A DNA stretch of 64,000 nucleotides from an uncultured delta proteobacterium (GCA_963812015.1 CAWETI010000002.1:256001-320000); one strand, 5' to 3'; shown: positions 51,413-61,313, counted from the first letter of the stretch. Numbers and translations: made by a program. Notes: generated by a model not told the origin, from the sequence alone.

Positions 51413-52909
51413 ATGTCGATACTTCTGGTTCCGCGAGCCGAACAATATTCGGACCGGACTGCAATTATAGGGCCGGAAGGGAGGTTCACCTACCGGCAAC
51501 TTCTGGACGCGTCCGGCAAGGTCACGTCTTTTCTCTTGAACGGGGCGCCGGATTTGCAGGAGAGACCGGTGGCTTTTCTGGTGCCGCCGGGGTTCCACTA
51601 CGTGGCGGTGCAGTGGGCGATATGGCGCGCCGGAGGGATTGCGGTGCCTTTGTCCCTTTTCCATCCACGGCCAGAATTGGAATACGTGCTTGATGACACC
51701 CAGCCTGCGGCAGTAGTAGCTCATCCGGATTTTGTCAATCTGCTCGGTCCCATTGCCGAGGCGCGTGGCCTGAGATTCGCTCAGACCACCGAGGCGTTGA
51801 ACCATCCCGCGGGTCAACTCCCGGTGGTGGCGCCGGAGCGGCGGGCCATGATCCTCTACACGAGCGGCACCACGGGCAAGCCCAAGGGAGTGGTGACGAC
51901 TCATGAGAACATCGCCGCCCAGATTACCAGCCTGGTCCAGGCCTGGGGATGGACCGGGTATGATCGGATCGTAGAATTTTTGCCGTTGCATCATATCCAC
52001 GGGATCGTGAATGTCATCTCCTGCGCCCTTTGGGTAGGGGCGGTGTGCGAGATTTCCCCCCGGTTCGATGCCGGGGAGGTCTGGAATCGCATCGCTCGGG
52101 GCGGCCTGACGCTGTTCATGGCTGTGCCCACCATCTATGTGAAGCTCATCGACGCCTGGGAGAAGGCTTCTCCTGCCGACCGGAAACGGATGTCTGACGG
52201 CTGCGCCCAGATGCGGCTTATGGTGTCTGGTTCCGCAGCTTTGCCGGTCCCTACCCTGGAAAGGTGGAAGGAGATCTCCGGACACGTCCTCCTGGAGAGA
52301 TACGGGATGACCGAGATCGGCATGGGTCTTTCCAACGCCCTGCATGGGCAGCGATTCCCTGGATGCGTCGGGACGCCCCTTCCGGGTGTGGAAGCGAAGT
52401 TGGTGGATGAATCAGGTCATCCGGTTGAACCTGGAACTCCGGGGGAGATTGTGGTGCGGGGCAAAACGGTCTTTCTGGAGTACTGGCGCAGACCGGAAGA
52501 GACTAAAAAAGGGTTCAGGGACGGTTGGTTCTTAACCGGTGACGTTGCCGTGGTGGAAAACGGCGTCTATCGCATTCTGGGGCGCAGCAGCGTGGACATC
52601 ATCAAGACCGGCGGGTACAAGGTCTCGGCCCTGGAAATCGAGGAAGCTCTATTGACCCACCCGGACATCAAGGAAGTCGCAGTGGTGGGGGTGCCGGACC
52701 CGGTCTGGGGCGAACGGGTCGTCGCAGCGGTGGTGTTGCGGGATGGCGCGACCCTGACCACCAAGTCCCTGCGCGCCTGGGGCAAAGAGCGGCTCGCCTC
52801 CTACAAGGTTCCCCAAGAGGCCGTCGTGCTAGAGGAATTGCCCCGTAATGCCATGGGCAAGTGCTCTAAACCCGACTTGAAGAAAATTGTTGGGGGCGTG
52901 CATGGGTAG
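51413..52909 (+). CDS. Acyl-CoA synthetase, malonyl-CoA synthetase (MatB/ACSF3)-like
   Basis: YTSGTTGKPKG, LPLHHIHG, LLERYGMTE, GGYKVSALEIE, PRNAMGK. Confidence 0.88.
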   Translation: MSILLVPRAEQYSDRTAIIGPEGRFTYRQLLDASGKVTSFLLNGAPDLQERPVAFLVPPGFHYVAVQWAIWRAGGIAVPLSLFHPRPELEYVLDDTQPAAVVAHPDFVNLLGPIAEARGLRFAQTTEALNHPAGQLPVVAPERRAMILYTSGTTGKPKGVVTTHENIAAQITSLVQAWGWTGYDRIVEFLPLHHIHGIVNVISCALWVGAVCEISPRFDAGEVWNRIARGGLTLFMAVPTIYVKLIDAWEKASPADRKRMSDGCAQMRLMVSGSAALPVPTLERWKEISGHVLLERYGMTEIGMGLSNALHGQRFPGCVGTPLPGVEAKLVDESGHPVEPGTPGEIVVRGKTVFLEYWRRPEETKKGFRDGWFLTGDVAVVENGVYRILGRSSVDIIKTGGYKVSALEIEEALLTHPDIKEVAVVGVPDPVWGERVVAAVVLRDGATLTTKSLRAWGKERLASYKVPQEAVVLEELPRNAMGKCSKPDLKKIVGGVHG

Positions 52910-52914
52910 CTTCG

Positions 52915-52965
52915 TCTGGGCGCAATTCATTGCGCCCAGACGGGCGTGATAAATCACGCCCCTAC
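52915..52965. repeat. GTAG-type REP doublet
   Basis: GGGCGCAAT..ATTGCGCCC / GGGCGTGAT..ATCACGCCCCTAC. Confidence 0.7.
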
Positions 52966-53947
52966 AACAAAATTACCTGTTTGACGGCAACTTGGTATAA
53001 GGGAGTCAAAGAAGAAAAGTGGTTTGTTAAGGGAGGGGGCCGATCTCCCAGCTCCCTCCCCTGACTCCTCATGGGTAGTGGGAGATTTCCATCCCCTCAA
53101 CCCTTCATATTTTGAGATGTCCCATAGAAACTACTGGGGCAGTTAACCAGGAACGAAGAAAATCCAGATAACTTGCCTCTATACGCCCTTTCGCTAATTT
53201 TTCCATATCGTTCGTATATAGGAACCCTTGTAAATAACGTTTGGATTGGTAATCCTCCCGAAAAATCGGAAATTTTCCGGGGCAGTCATATTGACTGGGA
53301 GCAGTAGGCATTGAGGAATCGGCACGGGTGCCGCCGTCCTTACCCTGGCCGACCTCGCCCGCTGGGAGCATTTCCAGCAATAACTCCCCCCAACCTTGGA
53401 CTAACCCCTTGGTCGAAGCGTGAACACGCTGTAAAAAGCGTATCACGCTTTTTTAGGGCCTATCTAAGGATGAGGAAGGGCCATAATCCGGCCGGGTCAG
53501 ATGACCCCACGGACGCGGTTGCGACCCCCAAACCAGACGGATTTTTTCTCTAAAATTTTTCCCGTGGGTCTTATAAGGGGGGGGTGCCACCACAGGGGGA
53601 AGCCATCGCAGATGAAAAAATTCTCTACCCTTCCTTAACCATTAACCAGCGATATTTTTGAAAAAATTTGTGTACCAGCCTTTGAATCACAGAGGGGGGT
53701 ATGGGACCCGTCCCGGGGTTTGGTTTCCGGGCCGAAAATCTATATGGCCTTGACGAAACCCCAGAGCCGGGGCCATCGGGTAGCGCAGGCTATAGGCCAG
53801 GGCACAAAAATGACCGCTGTGATCCACTATTTATACCAAGCCAAAAACTTCCCATATTCAGATCATATCCGCAATTTCCCCTGACTTCGAGATAAGTGTC
53901 GAGTTTGGCAAGTGATCAGCTATCATCTTTAGCCCGGGAATGGGTAA

Positions 53948-54163
53948 GTCCATATTGATTGTTCAGTCGCCGGCATTGCCCATAACAAGGTGATAATCGT
54001 CGACATGGAGGTGGTGATCACTGGGAGTTTTAATTTTACTCGGTCTGCTGAAGAGAGCAATGCTGAGAATTTATTGATTATCCGGGATAAGGAGCTGGCC
54101 AGGGAATATTTGGAGAATTGGGAGAGGCACAGGGGGCATTCTGAGGGATATATGAGGAGGTAA
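53948..54163 (+). pseudogene. PLD-superfamily Nuc-like endonuclease C-terminal remnant
   Basis: Not in ORF track: IAHNKVIIVD...TGSFNFT..AEESNAENLLII (HxK motif); in-frame TAA just upstream. Confidence 0.85.
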
Positions 54164-54448
54164 GGAAATCAGGGGTTTGCGGGGAAAACTGGTTTTTTGA
54201 TGGATCTTGTGCTAACATGCCGCTTACTAAACAACTTGAGGTTACTTAATTTTAAACATTGTGGGAAGATCATGGATTCAGTAGAACACAACGGTTTCGT
54301 CCAGGAATGGAAAACATTTCTCGCAAACATCGAAGAAGTTGGAAAAAGGAAGCTACGTGGGCGATACGGCAACGCATAGGAGCGTTCTGGAGCATAACAG
54401 CCAACAGTAAGGCCAGGCACCTTCTGCACGTTTAAGGAGGAGCAACAC

Positions 54449-54862
54449 ATGAAAACTCTAAGTATTGCATTGATGGCGACCTTCATGCTGGTGTTGGCGG
54501 CCACGTCCACCGGACAGGCCCAGAGCGCCGCAGACGGCTATAATGATCCAACCCCGGGGGGGAAATATGTCTATAGAGGCTGCAACTTGGAACAAGTGAT
54601 ATTTATTCAGGGAGATAAGTTAAGTGAGATAAATGAGTTAACCCTGATAATTGAAGTTCAAGGTGGTCAAAATAGTCACACTTTACGATTAACATTCCCT
54701 ATATTGGCGAAGCGCCAAGAAGGGAATAAATTAATTCTTGATTACCAATGGCCCCCCTGTGGCGACACCTACGAAGCGACCATCATAGGGGGTACTCTTA
54801 TAAACCGGAAAACTAAAGGCTATCTGGCAGGTATTAGGGAAGAAATGTTTACACGCGAATGA
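54449..54862 (+). CDS. Exported hypothetical protein
   Basis: AAGGAGG RBS; signal peptide MKTLSIALMATFMLVLAA..AQS. Confidence 0.7.
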   Translation: MKTLSIALMATFMLVLAATSTGQAQSAADGYNDPTPGGKYVYRGCNLEQVIFIQGDKLSEINELTLIIEVQGGQNSHTLRLTFPILAKRQEGNKLILDYQWPPCGDTYEATIIGGTLINRKTKGYLAGIREEMFTRE

Positions 54863-55494
54863 AACAAATAGCAGGTCATCGGAAATCTTTGGGAGGGAGA
54901 GGTGACATTCTGTTCCGGCAGGACAACTGATCTGCGGATACCTGCTATATCTCCGCACCTCTCCTACCGGCATTTGGCTTGCTGATATGCTTACCATATT
55001 GACCTCTGACCAAACCTCGCCCCAGTAACCCCTCAGTCGAAGCGTTACCACTCCGCAGTTGGGCCGGGTCCCATCTGGGGGGTGCGCCTCCGGACCGAAA
55101 AAATGAAAAAATTTCCGCACGGAGCATATAAGGACAGGGGGGGGTATGGGACCCGTCCCGGGGTTTACCTTTGGGGCCGAAAAACTGGTGGGCCTGGGGT
55201 GGGGTGGAGGGGGCCGCAGGTTGCCCAGCAGGTCGCCGTGAGCGCAGGTCGGGCAGCGTGGCCAGGCCAAGAGGTAGGCGCACAGGCTCTCCAGCCAGGA
55301 CCAAGCCAGGAGAGCGACACAGACAGCCCCCCACCTTGAACATCCCTATCACTCCCCCATAAGCCTTTGGCCGGCCTCCTCCCCTCTCAAGCGAAGGCAT
55401 ATCTTGGGGTGGTATGTGGGGAATAGTGTGGGGAATGAATTTATAGGTAAAAGAAAAGGGGCCAGCTTTTTGAGCTAACCCCTTGATTTCATTA

Positions 55495-55539
55495 TGGTGG
55501 GCGATGGGCGACTCGAACGCCCGGCCTTTGGTTCCGGAG
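55495..55539 (-). tRNA. 3' half of tRNA-Arg(CCG); att-site duplication, not a functional gene
   Basis: Minus strand CT-CCG-GA ACCAA AGGCC GGGCG TTCGAGT CGCCC ATCGCCC ACCA; no 5' half upstream. Confidence 0.85.
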
Positions 55540-55842
55540 TGCAAATCAGGCCGATTTTGTACCATGATAGGTGATTTAATTTCACGTCATACACAATAAT
55601 CTATCATTAGTCATTTCAGTCTGTTACTCAATTTCAAAAGGCTATCTCGGGTAATCCTGAGATAGCCTTTCTTGCCTCAAATTATTTGGTGAATATTCAC
55701 CTATATATTCACCTGTTTTCTGCGCTATAATCTATAGGAGTTCTAATTTTTGCGACTCCCTTAACCCCGACTGATCACTGATAGGGGCAGGGGGACTCAT
55801 TACTGTCTTTGAAAGGTGTTATGTAACTAGGGGAGATGGCAG

Positions 55843-56778
55843 ATGAAGGATAAACCTGTTTCATCTGGTAATGACCACACTCCTATCTGTCAGCTTAAAG
55901 AATTAATTGCCTTCTTGGAAGACCCGGACAAATTTCCTTATCCTCGTAAATGTTTTAGGTTTCCAGGTCCATTAACCTTAAACCATGTTTTCTTTATCAA
56001 CATTTATCAACATGTTCATTATGTCCCTTCCCAAACTTTAGAGCAAATTCGGCATGATGCTATACGAATTCTTAAATCAGGAATCTTTACTTCAGATGGG
56101 GCGCTAAAAGGGGCAAGACTGTCAGGTCATTATCGTTTATACCAAGTAGAAAATATAGGTGAATTGGCATTAATGGTGGCCATGTCAATAAAAAAAGTTA
56201 AACAACTTGATCTCATAGATGATATTTTTGAGTTTCCAGATACAGATTACCATACTGAAGAGTCAGAAGAACTTTTTTCATACTTAAAACGTAGTAAACT
56301 TGCTAACCCCCAACGAATAGCAAGGATTCAAAAAGAAAATATACAATTAATAAGAGCGATTAAGAAAGCTGGTAAAAATATAGACAATGAAGATAAACCA
56401 GTTGAAGGTGGTGAGGTTCTTTTATTATTTGCCAATGTCCTTAATTCATTAGATGCATATTCTATGTGGTTTCCAGATAAATTCGCTTCACTCAACGACA
56501 AAATCAAAAAAATTATGACTAAGATTGTTAGATTAAGACATGATGTGTTTAATCAATTTAGACAATTGAATGATGAGCCTTTTTATCCAGGGATTTATCT
56601 AATCCCACATGAATTTAAGAGGCAAATCCCATCAGCAGTAGACAATATTATAGCCAAGAGGGTTATTGATTTACTAACATCACTAGGAATAGACCATGGA
56701 TTAACCAATGAATCTATTAGATATGAGTTGAGAAAACATTCATTACGAGTAACGTTGCATGCAATGGAACAATCTTGA
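55843..56778 (+). CDS. Hypothetical protein (AT-rich)
   Basis: 311-aa ORF in AT-rich DNA with GGGAG RBS; no recognised motif. Confidence 0.75.
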   Translation: MKDKPVSSGNDHTPICQLKELIAFLEDPDKFPYPRKCFRFPGPLTLNHVFFINIYQHVHYVPSQTLEQIRHDAIRILKSGIFTSDGALKGARLSGHYRLYQVENIGELALMVAMSIKKVKQLDLIDDIFEFPDTDYHTEESEELFSYLKRSKLANPQRIARIQKENIQLIRAIKKAGKNIDNEDKPVEGGEVLLLFANVLNSLDAYSMWFPDKFASLNDKIKKIMTKIVRLRHDVFNQFRQLNDEPFYPGIYLIPHEFKRQIPSAVDNIIAKRVIDLLTSLGIDHGLTNESIRYELRKHSLRVTLHAMEQS

Positions 56779-57004
56779 AATTGACGAATTAAAATCCATT
56801 CTTTCTATGTTTTCAATCATTCCCTCTCAAAAACTGCAAAACATCGCGTTAAAAATCTGACATTTTAGATTAGTTTCTCCCAATTCAGCGTTTTGTCCTT
56901 ATTTCATGGGGATATTATCCTGAGTTGGGAAAATTTAGTATAATTTTATAGTTTTTTAAACTAAACAACACCATAAAAAGATACTTCTAATGACCAACTA
57001 CTAC

Positions 57005-57034
57005 TTGACAATACATAGATAATCGCCGTATAAA
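57005..57034 (+). promoter_or_regulatory. Sigma70-like promoter
   Basis: TTGACA-N18-TATAAA about 40 bp upstream of the HTH gene. Confidence 0.5.
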
Positions 57035-57073
57035 AGAGAAAAAACCTGATAAGATGATTCAAGAGGAGAGCTT

Positions 57074-57265
57074 ATGGAAAAACTCTTAAGTGTTAATGAT
57101 GCAGCACAACGTCTTGGCATTTCCCGGCATACGTTAAACTGCTGGGTAAGCAAACGTAAAGTGCCATTTATCAAATTAGGCAGGCGGACCTTATTTAATC
57201 CGGCTGATTTGGAAAGGATGATCAAGGCGGCCACCGTAGAACCCCGGCGGCGAGAGATTGAATAA
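57074..57265 (+). CDS. Excisionase-like HTH (HTH_17) protein
   Basis: LLSVNDAAQRLGISRHTL..WV...VPFIKLGRRTLF...DL. Confidence 0.9.
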   Translation: MEKLLSVNDAAQRLGISRHTLNCWVSKRKVPFIKLGRRTLFNPADLERMIKAATVEPRRREIE

Positions 57266-59001
57266 TGTCAAGGGCAGATAACCCCCATACGGAAATTCAA
57301 GAACAGCTCAAAAATTTGACCCTTGAGACCCCGCAGGATCAGTTAAGGGATACCTTGCAAAGCCTAATTCCATTAATGGCTCGTTTGAATGAGGTTGGAT
57401 TTGAAAACTTATGGGCTAACCTCAATGCACGGTTGAAGTTAAAGGGGCCATTTTTTACCGCTGTGCGGCGAAAAATCAAAGAGACCAGGAAAGAACTGAA
57501 AAAGTGCGCGACTGTTCCAGGGGGAGGCCCCGGCTTATCACCGGAAGAAGAATTGAAGGCCCTGAAGCCCCTGGCCAAGCCTCTAAGTCAATGCCCTGAC
57601 ATTCTGGGGGAGGTGGTGAGGGCGCTGAACCATTTGGGCTTGGCAGGCCAGGAACGAGAAGCCAAGATTATATGCTTGGCTCTGACTTCCCGGATATTTG
57701 ATCGCCCGGTAAGTGTGGCTGTCAAAGGGCCTTCCAGCAGCGGCAAATCCTTCCTGGTGGAGCAGAGCCTAAAGCTATTGCCTGATAGTGCCTACTATGC
57801 CCTTTCCGCCATGTCTGAAAGAGCCTTGGCCTACTCCCACGAACCCATGTCTCATCGTCACCTGGTGATTTATGAGGCTGCAGGTATGGGGAGCGAATTT
57901 GCTCAATACCTTATGCGGTCTCTCCTGTCGGAAGGGCGGATAAGATATGAAACGGTTGAGAAGACCAGCGAGGGGATAAAGTCCCGTCTAATCGAGCGGG
58001 AAGGCCCCACAGGTTTGATTGTCACTACCACCAGGGCGGGGCTGCATCCGGAAAACGAGACGCGGATTCTTAGTTTGGAGGTGGATGATTCACCAGACCA
58101 AACCATGGCGGTGATCCTGGCCCATGCCAAAGGGGAAGGACAAAAATCGGTTAATTTAGCTTCTTTTCAGGCCATGCAGAGGATTCTGGAGCTAGAACGG
58201 CCCCAGGTAGTGATTCCATATGCTGAACCCCTGGCTAAGGGATGTAACCCTGCGGCGGTGAGGCTTAGACGTGATTTCCCTATGGTGCTATGTCTGGTCA
58301 AGGCCCATGCTGTCCTGCATTTTCACCATAGGCAAAGGGATGAACAAGGGCGGGTAATTGCCATCCATGAAGATTATCAGGCGGTTTATGACTTAGTTGC
58401 GGACTTGGTGGCCTGCGGCACAGGACAGAAAGTAACCGAAAAAATACGGGAAACGGTTGGGGCAGTGGAGGCTCTGGTCGGGGGACATCAGGATCACCCT
58501 GGGGTCACTATCCAGGGAATCGCTAATTCTTTAAAGGTCCATAGAACCACAGCGTACCGGAGGGTTCAGAAAACCCTGTATGCCGGATATTTGGAGAATA
58601 GAGCAAAGGCTCCAGTATATAAACTGGTGCTGGGTGACCCATTGCCGGACAACCAGACAGTTTTACCACCGCCCGATACAATTAATAGTAATTCATATCC
58701 CCCGAAAACCGGTGCAACCTTGCAACACCACAACAAATTATTAAATAAATCAGTAGGTTATGAGTTGCAACCCTCCTTGCAACCTCCTTGCAACCTGCAA
58801 CCAGGTTCGCCAGGATTGCACGGTTGCACTTCGGAAATACACCCCGCAACGATAAATGCAACCAATAACAATTTGAATTTACTTGAAAAAAAGGTAACAG
58901 TTGCAGAGTTGCACGAAAATCAGGGGAGTACGGGTGAAGTAAAAATTTCACGCCAACATCTATCGGCCTTGCTTAAAGAACGTGAGGAGGTCGAGTTATG
59001 A
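57265..59001 (+). CDS. AAA+ ATPase with C-terminal winged HTH; putative replication helicase/initiator
   Basis: Walker A GPSSSGKS, Walker B-like LVIYE, LIVTTT, ENETR; HTH TIQGIANSLKVHRTTAYRR; coupled to the HTH gene (TAATG). Confidence 0.75.
   Translation: MSRADNPHTEIQEQLKNLTLETPQDQLRDTLQSLIPLMARLNEVGFENLWANLNARLKLKGPFFTAVRRKIKETRKELKKCATVPGGGPGLSPEEELKALKPLAKPLSQCPDILGEVVRALNHLGLAGQEREAKIICLALTSRIFDRPVSVAVKGPSSSGKSFLVEQSLKLLPDSAYYALSAMSERALAYSHEPMSHRHLVIYEAAGMGSEFAQYLMRSLLSEGRIRYETVEKTSEGIKSRLIEREGPTGLIVTTTRAGLHPENETRILSLEVDDSPDQTMAVILAHAKGEGQKSVNLASFQAMQRILELERPQVVIPYAEPLAKGCNPAAVRLRRDFPMVLCLVKAHAVLHFHHRQRDEQGRVIAIHEDYQAVYDLVADLVACGTGQKVTEKIRETVGAVEALVGGHQDHPGVTIQGIANSLKVHRTTAYRRVQKTLYAGYLENRAKAPVYKLVLGDPLPDNQTVLPPPDTINSNSYPPKTGATLQHHNKLLNKSVGYELQPSLQPPCNLQPGSPGLHGCTSEIHPATINATNNNLNLLEKKVTVAELHENQGSTGEVKISRQHLSALLKEREEVEL
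58713..58913. repeat. TGCAAC/GTTGCA iteron-like array with IHF consensus site
   Basis: Seven TGCAAC and four GTTGCA within 200 bp; AATCAG-TAGG-TTA at 58748-58760; AT-rich spacers. Confidence 0.8.
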
Positions 59002-59324
59002 GGCCCGATGAGGCCATTAAAGAATTGACCCGCATTGGCTTCCGCTTTCGCCTGGATGGTGAGGTATTGAAGGTACGTTATAAGGGAACGGACACGCCGG
59101 ACCCGGCCAAGGTACTGCCCCTCCTGGAACTAGTGAGAGAGCACAAGTTAGAAGTGCTGGCTTACCTGAACAAATCGGCCATGCCTGAGCGGGTTCTAAC
59201 TTGTGCCGAATGCGGGTTTCATAAATATAGAGGGCCGAACCCCAGCCAGGGGTGGGGGCATTGCTCATTTAAGGACAAGGGATGTTATGGCCTACGCCAA
59301 GCCTGCGAGGACGTAAGGGCATGA
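58998..59324 (+). CDS. Hypothetical protein with TubC-docking-like N-terminus and Cys-rich C-terminus
   Basis: L..IGF...LDGE.LKVR...VREHKLEVLAYL; CAEC..C..C..C; ATGA overlap with the previous gene. Confidence 0.7.
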   Translation: MRPDEAIKELTRIGFRFRLDGEVLKVRYKGTDTPDPAKVLPLLELVREHKLEVLAYLNKSAMPERVLTCAECGFHKYRGPNPSQGWGHCSFKDKGCYGLRQACEDVRA

Positions 59325-59624
59325 TGCGAGGTTTTATTGGCAGCCGAAAGCGAGCGCTATCTCGGCGGTTAAGGCGCAAGAGGTTAATTGACCTACTACA
59401 TATAACTACACCCTGGCAATTTGAAAAAAACAGGAGAAAAGCAAAAGCGGCATGCGATTCTTTGGCCTGATAAACAGATAGAAACCAGTGGAATGTTAAT
59501 AAATGTTAACCTGATAAGCAGCCAAAAACAGCGTTGCCGATTTGCATATTTTAGCCCTTTAATAAGCCCCTCCCTGCAAATATAGGAGAAATGCAATAAA
59601 TCGGGGGCCAAGATAGGCGTATCC

Positions 59625-59882
59625 ATGACCTGCGGCACCAAAGAAGGGGAAATTCACCTTTATACCCCGCTTAAAAGCATCCGGCGAAAATGCCTGGACT
59701 GCTGCTGCGGCAGTTCCAAAGAGGTGAAACTGTGCCCCGTGGAAACCTGTTCACTATATCCTTACCGATTTGGAAAATCGCCCCGGAGAAAAGGGACCAG
59801 ACCCAAGGGTGAAATTCCCCCCGGATTGCAAAAATTCCACGTCCCTAGACGAGCGGAAATTTCGGAAACCGGGAATGAATAG
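59625..59882 (+). CDS. Cys-rich hypothetical protein typical of mobile elements
   Basis: TPLKSIRRKCLDCC.GS.KEVKLCP...CSLYPYRFGK; start uncertain. Confidence 0.75.
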   Translation: MTCGTKEGEIHLYTPLKSIRRKCLDCCCGSSKEVKLCPVETCSLYPYRFGKSPRRKGTRPKGEIPPGLQKFHVPRRAEISETGNE

Positions 59883-59946
59883 TTTACCCCAAGGGATGAA
59901 GTTTCATGCTTTATTGCACCATACTTGAGGACTCGGAGGACCCATA

Positions 59947-60525
59947 ATGTCTCGGATAACCCCAAAACAGTTAGAGGCTAACCGACAAAACGCCTTAAAA
60001 AGCACCGGCCCCAAGACCCCGGAAGGTAAGTCACTGGTGGCCCTGAATCCTATAAAACATGGGCTTTTATCAAAAGAGGTTTTGCTCGCCCATGAAGATG
60101 AAAATTCCCTTGTGGAGTTAGGCAAACGGCTGAGGCACCAATTAGCCCCCGTGGGGGAACTGGAACTTATGTTAGTTGACCGGGTAATTTCAGCGGCTTG
60201 GCGTCTTAGAAGAATACTGAGAATTGAAACGGAGATGATGGACCATAAGCTATCGGATAAGGAGAAATCCCGCATTTCCTATGGCCGGAAGATAAAGCAA
60301 GATCCCGTCACCTTGTGGGAAGCCCTGGAAAGTGATTTTCAATATCGTGATTCGCTATTCAAGTTTATGAGGTATGAAATCCACATAGAACGGGGGCTAT
60401 ACAAGGCCCTGCATGAACTACAAAGACTCCAGGCGGCCCGGAGTGGGGAAGGTGTGCCGGCCACCGTGATGGTGGACGTGGATATATCCGGCCAGGAAAT
60501 GGGTTTGCTTGGCGAAAAAGGCTGA
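59947..60525 (+). CDS. Hypothetical protein with STGPKTxEGK...KHG motif (HGGxSTG-related)
   Basis: KQLEANRQNALKSTGPKTPEGK...NPIKHGL; GGAGG RBS. Confidence 0.8.
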   Translation: MSRITPKQLEANRQNALKSTGPKTPEGKSLVALNPIKHGLLSKEVLLAHEDENSLVELGKRLRHQLAPVGELELMLVDRVISAAWRLRRILRIETEMMDHKLSDKEKSRISYGRKIKQDPVTLWEALESDFQYRDSLFKFMRYEIHIERGLYKALHELQRLQAARSGEGVPATVMVDVDISGQEMGLLGEKG

Positions 60526-60722
60526 AAAGTAGTGAAAAATGCTTGCAAAAACAGGTAAAAATAGGCGCAAAAATGACGAATTTTCTCTGAAAACAGTGAA
60601 AAGTAGCATGAAAATGCCTAAAAATGCAGTTTTTAACGATTATTAAAATAGCACATAAGTAACCATGATTATTGAGATTATAGACGAAAAGCGGGCAATA
60701 AATCCCTAATGATTTAGGAAGA

Positions 60723-61313
60723 ATGAGGGCTAAACACATGGGCGGCCCCGGAAGCGGTGGCGGGTATAGGGGGAATAAAAAGGACACGGTTGAAGGACAC
60801 AAGCGGATTGATGTGCGCTATCTTGTTAAGCACGGCCTTTTAAATCCCGGCTATCATTCAATAGGATGGTCATGCGGGGGTGAATCTAGGGGAAGCATCC
60901 ATTTTCAGGTGGAAGATTACGGGATAACCTTAATTTATCAGTATAGGCGGGGCGGGCAAGACTGGGAAGATGTAAGGCAAAGGGTGACTGTGGAGTGGAC
61001 ACCCTGCAATTTTGGGGGGCGGCGGCCCTGGTTTATTTGCGGGAATTGTGGCCGGCGCGTGGCGGTGATCTATGCGGGTGGCAAATACTTTGCTTGCAGG
61101 CATTGCTATGATCTGACCTATACAAGTTGCCAGGAATCGGACAGCCGGTTTAGCAGGCTTTTACGGAATTACGATTTTGGGGGTGGGGTGGAGAATATGC
61201 CCATGTGGTCATTGAAGGGAGCCTTAAGCAGGATGTGGAAAGAAGAGGAACGGCTTGAAAAGCAGATGAAAAGGAAACGCCGGGGGCGACCACCAAAGAG
61301 CAGATATGGATAG
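60723..61313 (+). CDS. Zinc-finger hypothetical protein of mobile elements
   Basis: MGGPGSG start (likely 60738), TPCNFGGRRPWFICGNC...FACRHCYDL.Y. Confidence 0.8.
   Translation: MRAKHMGGPGSGGGYRGNKKDTVEGHKRIDVRYLVKHGLLNPGYHSIGWSCGGESRGSIHFQVEDYGITLIYQYRRGGQDWEDVRQRVTVEWTPCNFGGRRPWFICGNCGRRVAVIYAGGKYFACRHCYDLTYTSCQESDSRFSRLLRNYDFGGGVENMPMWSLKGALSRMWKEEERLEKQMKRKRRGRPPKSRYG

Noticed and set aside
47498..53901. GATAAGTGTCG direct repeat at 47498 and 53891 as cassette boundaries
   Set aside because: An 11-bp match is expected many times by chance in 64 kb.
55495..55580. Complete tRNA-Arg gene
   Set aside because: No D-arm or acceptor 5' strand, and the anticodon stem does not pair; only the 3' half is present.
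58713..58913. CRISPR array
   Set aside because: The repeats are 6-mers with irregular spacing; no 25-45-bp repeat/spacer pattern or cas genes were seen anywhere in the window.
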